From Octopus vulgaris (Eukaryota), in assembly GCA_951406725.2 (NCBI GenBank), contig OX597822.1, positions 112,096,001 through 112,160,000 of the forward strand: 64,000 bases of DNA. Direction: 5' to 3'. The stretch's first letter is position 1. Every line of letters begins with the position of its first letter. Below are positions 61,410 through 64,000 of the stretch, piece after piece. A program made the translations under genes and the position numbers. The notes beneath the pieces were generated by a model that was not told the DNA's origin, did not search any database, and saw only the letters and a list, made by a program, of their open reading frames with translations.

Positions 61410-62029
61410 AATAACGTCATTGGAAGTATGATGTATGTTCTTATCAAAGCAGACAGGAAATGAATAACCAATGAAACTAGGACAACAGAAGAAGACAAGT
61501 TAATGTAATTGGTAACAAAGAATTTTTCACACAAGTTACTTTAGAGTCTCTTTTGCTTTGCTTTCCTAAACTGCTGTAAAATACTGCAGCAGAAAGAAGA
61601 AGTTTTAACATAAACTTCCAAGTTACTGGATAGCCTCTGCTCAGCTGACCTGTCAAAGTGAGTTTTTAATTTAGTTTACACATTCAGTGTTGACTTATTT
61701 TCTTTTATATTTGTCCTTTTCACACACACACACACACACATACACACACATTCTCTTGCTATTTTATTTAGTACTATGAGTGACCGAAAGAAACAATGTC
61801 CATAACCTACGTCCTTAGATTATTATATATCGAAATTTAAGCAGTGATTTTACAAACTAAATATATTACTTAAATTGGGTAATCTGGGGACTTAATCAGG
61901 AGATGAGATGGAGCAACAATGGCCCTTTTTTTTCAGGCCTTGGAAATTACTAATGTAATTGGTATGTCTTTAAACCTGGCCCCAATACTTGCAACACACT
62001 GAACTCCACTAAAGAAACTCAAAGGCCTA

Positions 62030-62236
62030 GTGGTGGCAAAATTGTTAGAATGCTGGGCAAGACACTTGGTGGAATTTTACCCATCTTTATATTCTAAGTT
62101 CAAATCCCACTGATGTTGACTTCACCTTTTATCTTTTTTGGGGGTCAATGAAATAAATACCAGTTGATCACTAGGGTTGATGCAACCAACTTACCCCGCC
62201 CCTAAAATTGCTGGCCTGGTGCCAAAATTTGAAACC
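62030..62236 (+). mobile_element. Diverged SINE family C-related copy with a different tail
   Basis: tggcaaaattgttagaatgctgggcaag...gttcaaatccc...ggggtcaatgaaataaataccag. Confidence 0.6.
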
Positions 62237-62586
62237 AATATGATACTATGAGTTTGGCAAAACAAAAAGTTTCTGATTTCTTTTTTAATATTGCAATTTA
62301 TTAAAGATTTTGACAGAGCACTTTATATTAGGGAAACATAAAATATTCTTTATATATTTTCCTATGCCTCTTGCCATAGAGATTGAGGAGTGTTCTTGAA
62401 AGATTATTGAAATATATCAATTAACAAGGAATCAAAACGTCGATATTTTTGTAGATTAGAATTGGATTTTCCAAGTATGGGGGATCCCCAACCCACCACC
62501 TAAATGTGAGTTATCAATCAAGTTGGTTCAGTTACCTCAAAATTGTTGTCCCTTACAAGAGATCAATATGTTTGTACCATCAAGAT

Positions 62587-62806
62587 CAGTGGTTCTCATC
62601 TCCTTTTGGCCTGTGAACCACTTTAATACCTATTTTATTCAGGTGGACCCTCATAGCGATTTGATGTTTAAAATGTCCTATTATATCTCTATGATTATAT
62701 ATTATCAGGTACCAAAATATTTTGTGTATTGTAGAATTATAAGCAATTTCTTGCGCACAATTTTTAACAAACAAAATCTTCTATGGACCCCAGTTGAGAA
62801 CCACTG
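62587..62806. mobile_element. hAT/Charlie-like MITE
   Basis: Perfect 12-bp TIR cagtggttctca / tgagaaccactg. 8-bp flanks atcaagat / atctacat (6/8). TIR related to that of 2859-3164. Confidence 0.8.
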
Positions 62807-63489
62807 ATCTACATAGGTGGTTTATTTGAGAAAAGTACTTGAGTTAGAATTCATTTCCCCACAGCATTTTCCTAGGCTCTTATAAATGGTGCCATTTTCT
62901 CAATGTAACCAAGTATGAGCTTTTTTTTTTTTTTTTTTTGTTTGAGAGACTGAGAAATTTATTAATTTGCATAGAAACAGGAAAGGGTTGGCATAAAGAA
63001 GGGTTTCTGGCCTTAGAAAACTCTACCACAAGGTGGTCTCATGTGATTGAGCATGGAAGAGTAGATGTTAAAACAAGGGTGATGATGACAACGACAACGA
63101 CGACGATGATGATGACAATAACAGTAATAACAATGAGAATGATGATGATGAATTACTTGTATTTCATACAATTAGGAAGAAAATCAAATTATGAAACACT
63201 TAATTAAACAATCCCAACATTTAAAGGATGGTCTATTCATACTGTTTTTCTGCTAAGGAACCACAAATATAGGTCTCTCAAGATGTATGTTAAGATTAAA
63301 CATTTGTACAGGATGTGACATTGATAGCAAAGAAGTATGGAACTATCACAGGACCACTAATAATGAGAAGAAGTGACCATATCATTCTCAGACTCTCTCT
63401 CAAAATGGAGAAGTTTATTCCATTTATAATGAGTCGTAGAAAAATGGCAAAAAGAAAGAATAAACATAATGATGATTTGAATTAAGGTT

Positions 63490-64000
63490 CATCATCATCA
63501 TCATCATCATCGTTTAACGGCCGCTTTCCATGCTAGCACGGGTTGGATGGTTCAACTGGGATGTGGGAAGCCAGAAGGCTGCACCAGGCCAGTCAGATCT
63601 GGCGGTGTTTCTACAGCTGGATGCCCTTCCTAACGCCAACCACTCCATGAGTGTAGTGGGTGCTTTTTATGTGCCACCGAGACAGGTGCCAGACGAGGCT
63701 GGCAAACGGCTATGCTCGGATGGTGTTTTTTTTTGTGCCACCGACACAGGTGCCACGCTCGGATGGTGTGTTTTTTTGTGCCACCGACACAGATGCCAGA
63801 TGAGGCTGGTGAACGGCCACGCTTGGATGGTGTTTTTTACGTGCCACCGGCACAGAGGCAAGGCAAGGCTGGCAAGGCAAGGCTGGCACGGCCACGATCG
63901 GATGGTGTTTGTTACGTGCCACCAGCACGGAGGCCAGTTGATGCGGTGCTGGCTAAGGCCACGTTCGGATGGTTTTCTTATGTGCCACCGGCACTGGTAC
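63490..64000 (-). mobile_element. RTE 3' UTR copy (runs off the window end)
   Basis: Colinear with 285-912, with a different number and composition of the internal ~63-bp units. Confidence 0.92.

Noticed and set aside
61410-63480. Possible exons in the unique AT-rich sequence after the 145-bp array
   Set aside because: No recognisable protein motif or convincing exon found by eye. Small exons cannot be excluded without transcript data.

Overview
This is eukaryotic animal DNA, very likely Octopus or a related coleoid cephalopod, judging from the SINE and RTE-LINE families (recognised by pattern, not by database search). One intact protein-coding gene is supported: a cytochrome c with coding exons 7211-7391 and 9392-9540 (109 aa), carrying substitutions at two normally near-invariant positions. 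The first ~26 kb is a dense mosaic of transposon-derived sequence. It includes RTE and CR1 LINEs, a decayed Penelope-like element, several hammerhead-ribozyme-like motifs, at least four tRNA-derived SINE families, piggyBac and hAT MITEs, a Helitron, and a U6 retrocopy fused to a SINE inside one target-site duplication. About half the window (26349-57543) is a 21-bp satellite with nested periodicity (21, 63, ~1450 and 3067 bp) and a homogeneous-to-diverged gradient. A 1.1-kb inverted outlier of this satellite (20389-21511) is bracketed by an old ~190-bp inverted repeat. A separate 16-copy 145-bp tandem array lies at 59096-61409. No CRISPR array, rRNA or functional tRNA is supported. Transposon boundaries are read by eye and are approximate unless a target-site duplication (TSD) or terminal inverted repeat (TIR) is given.
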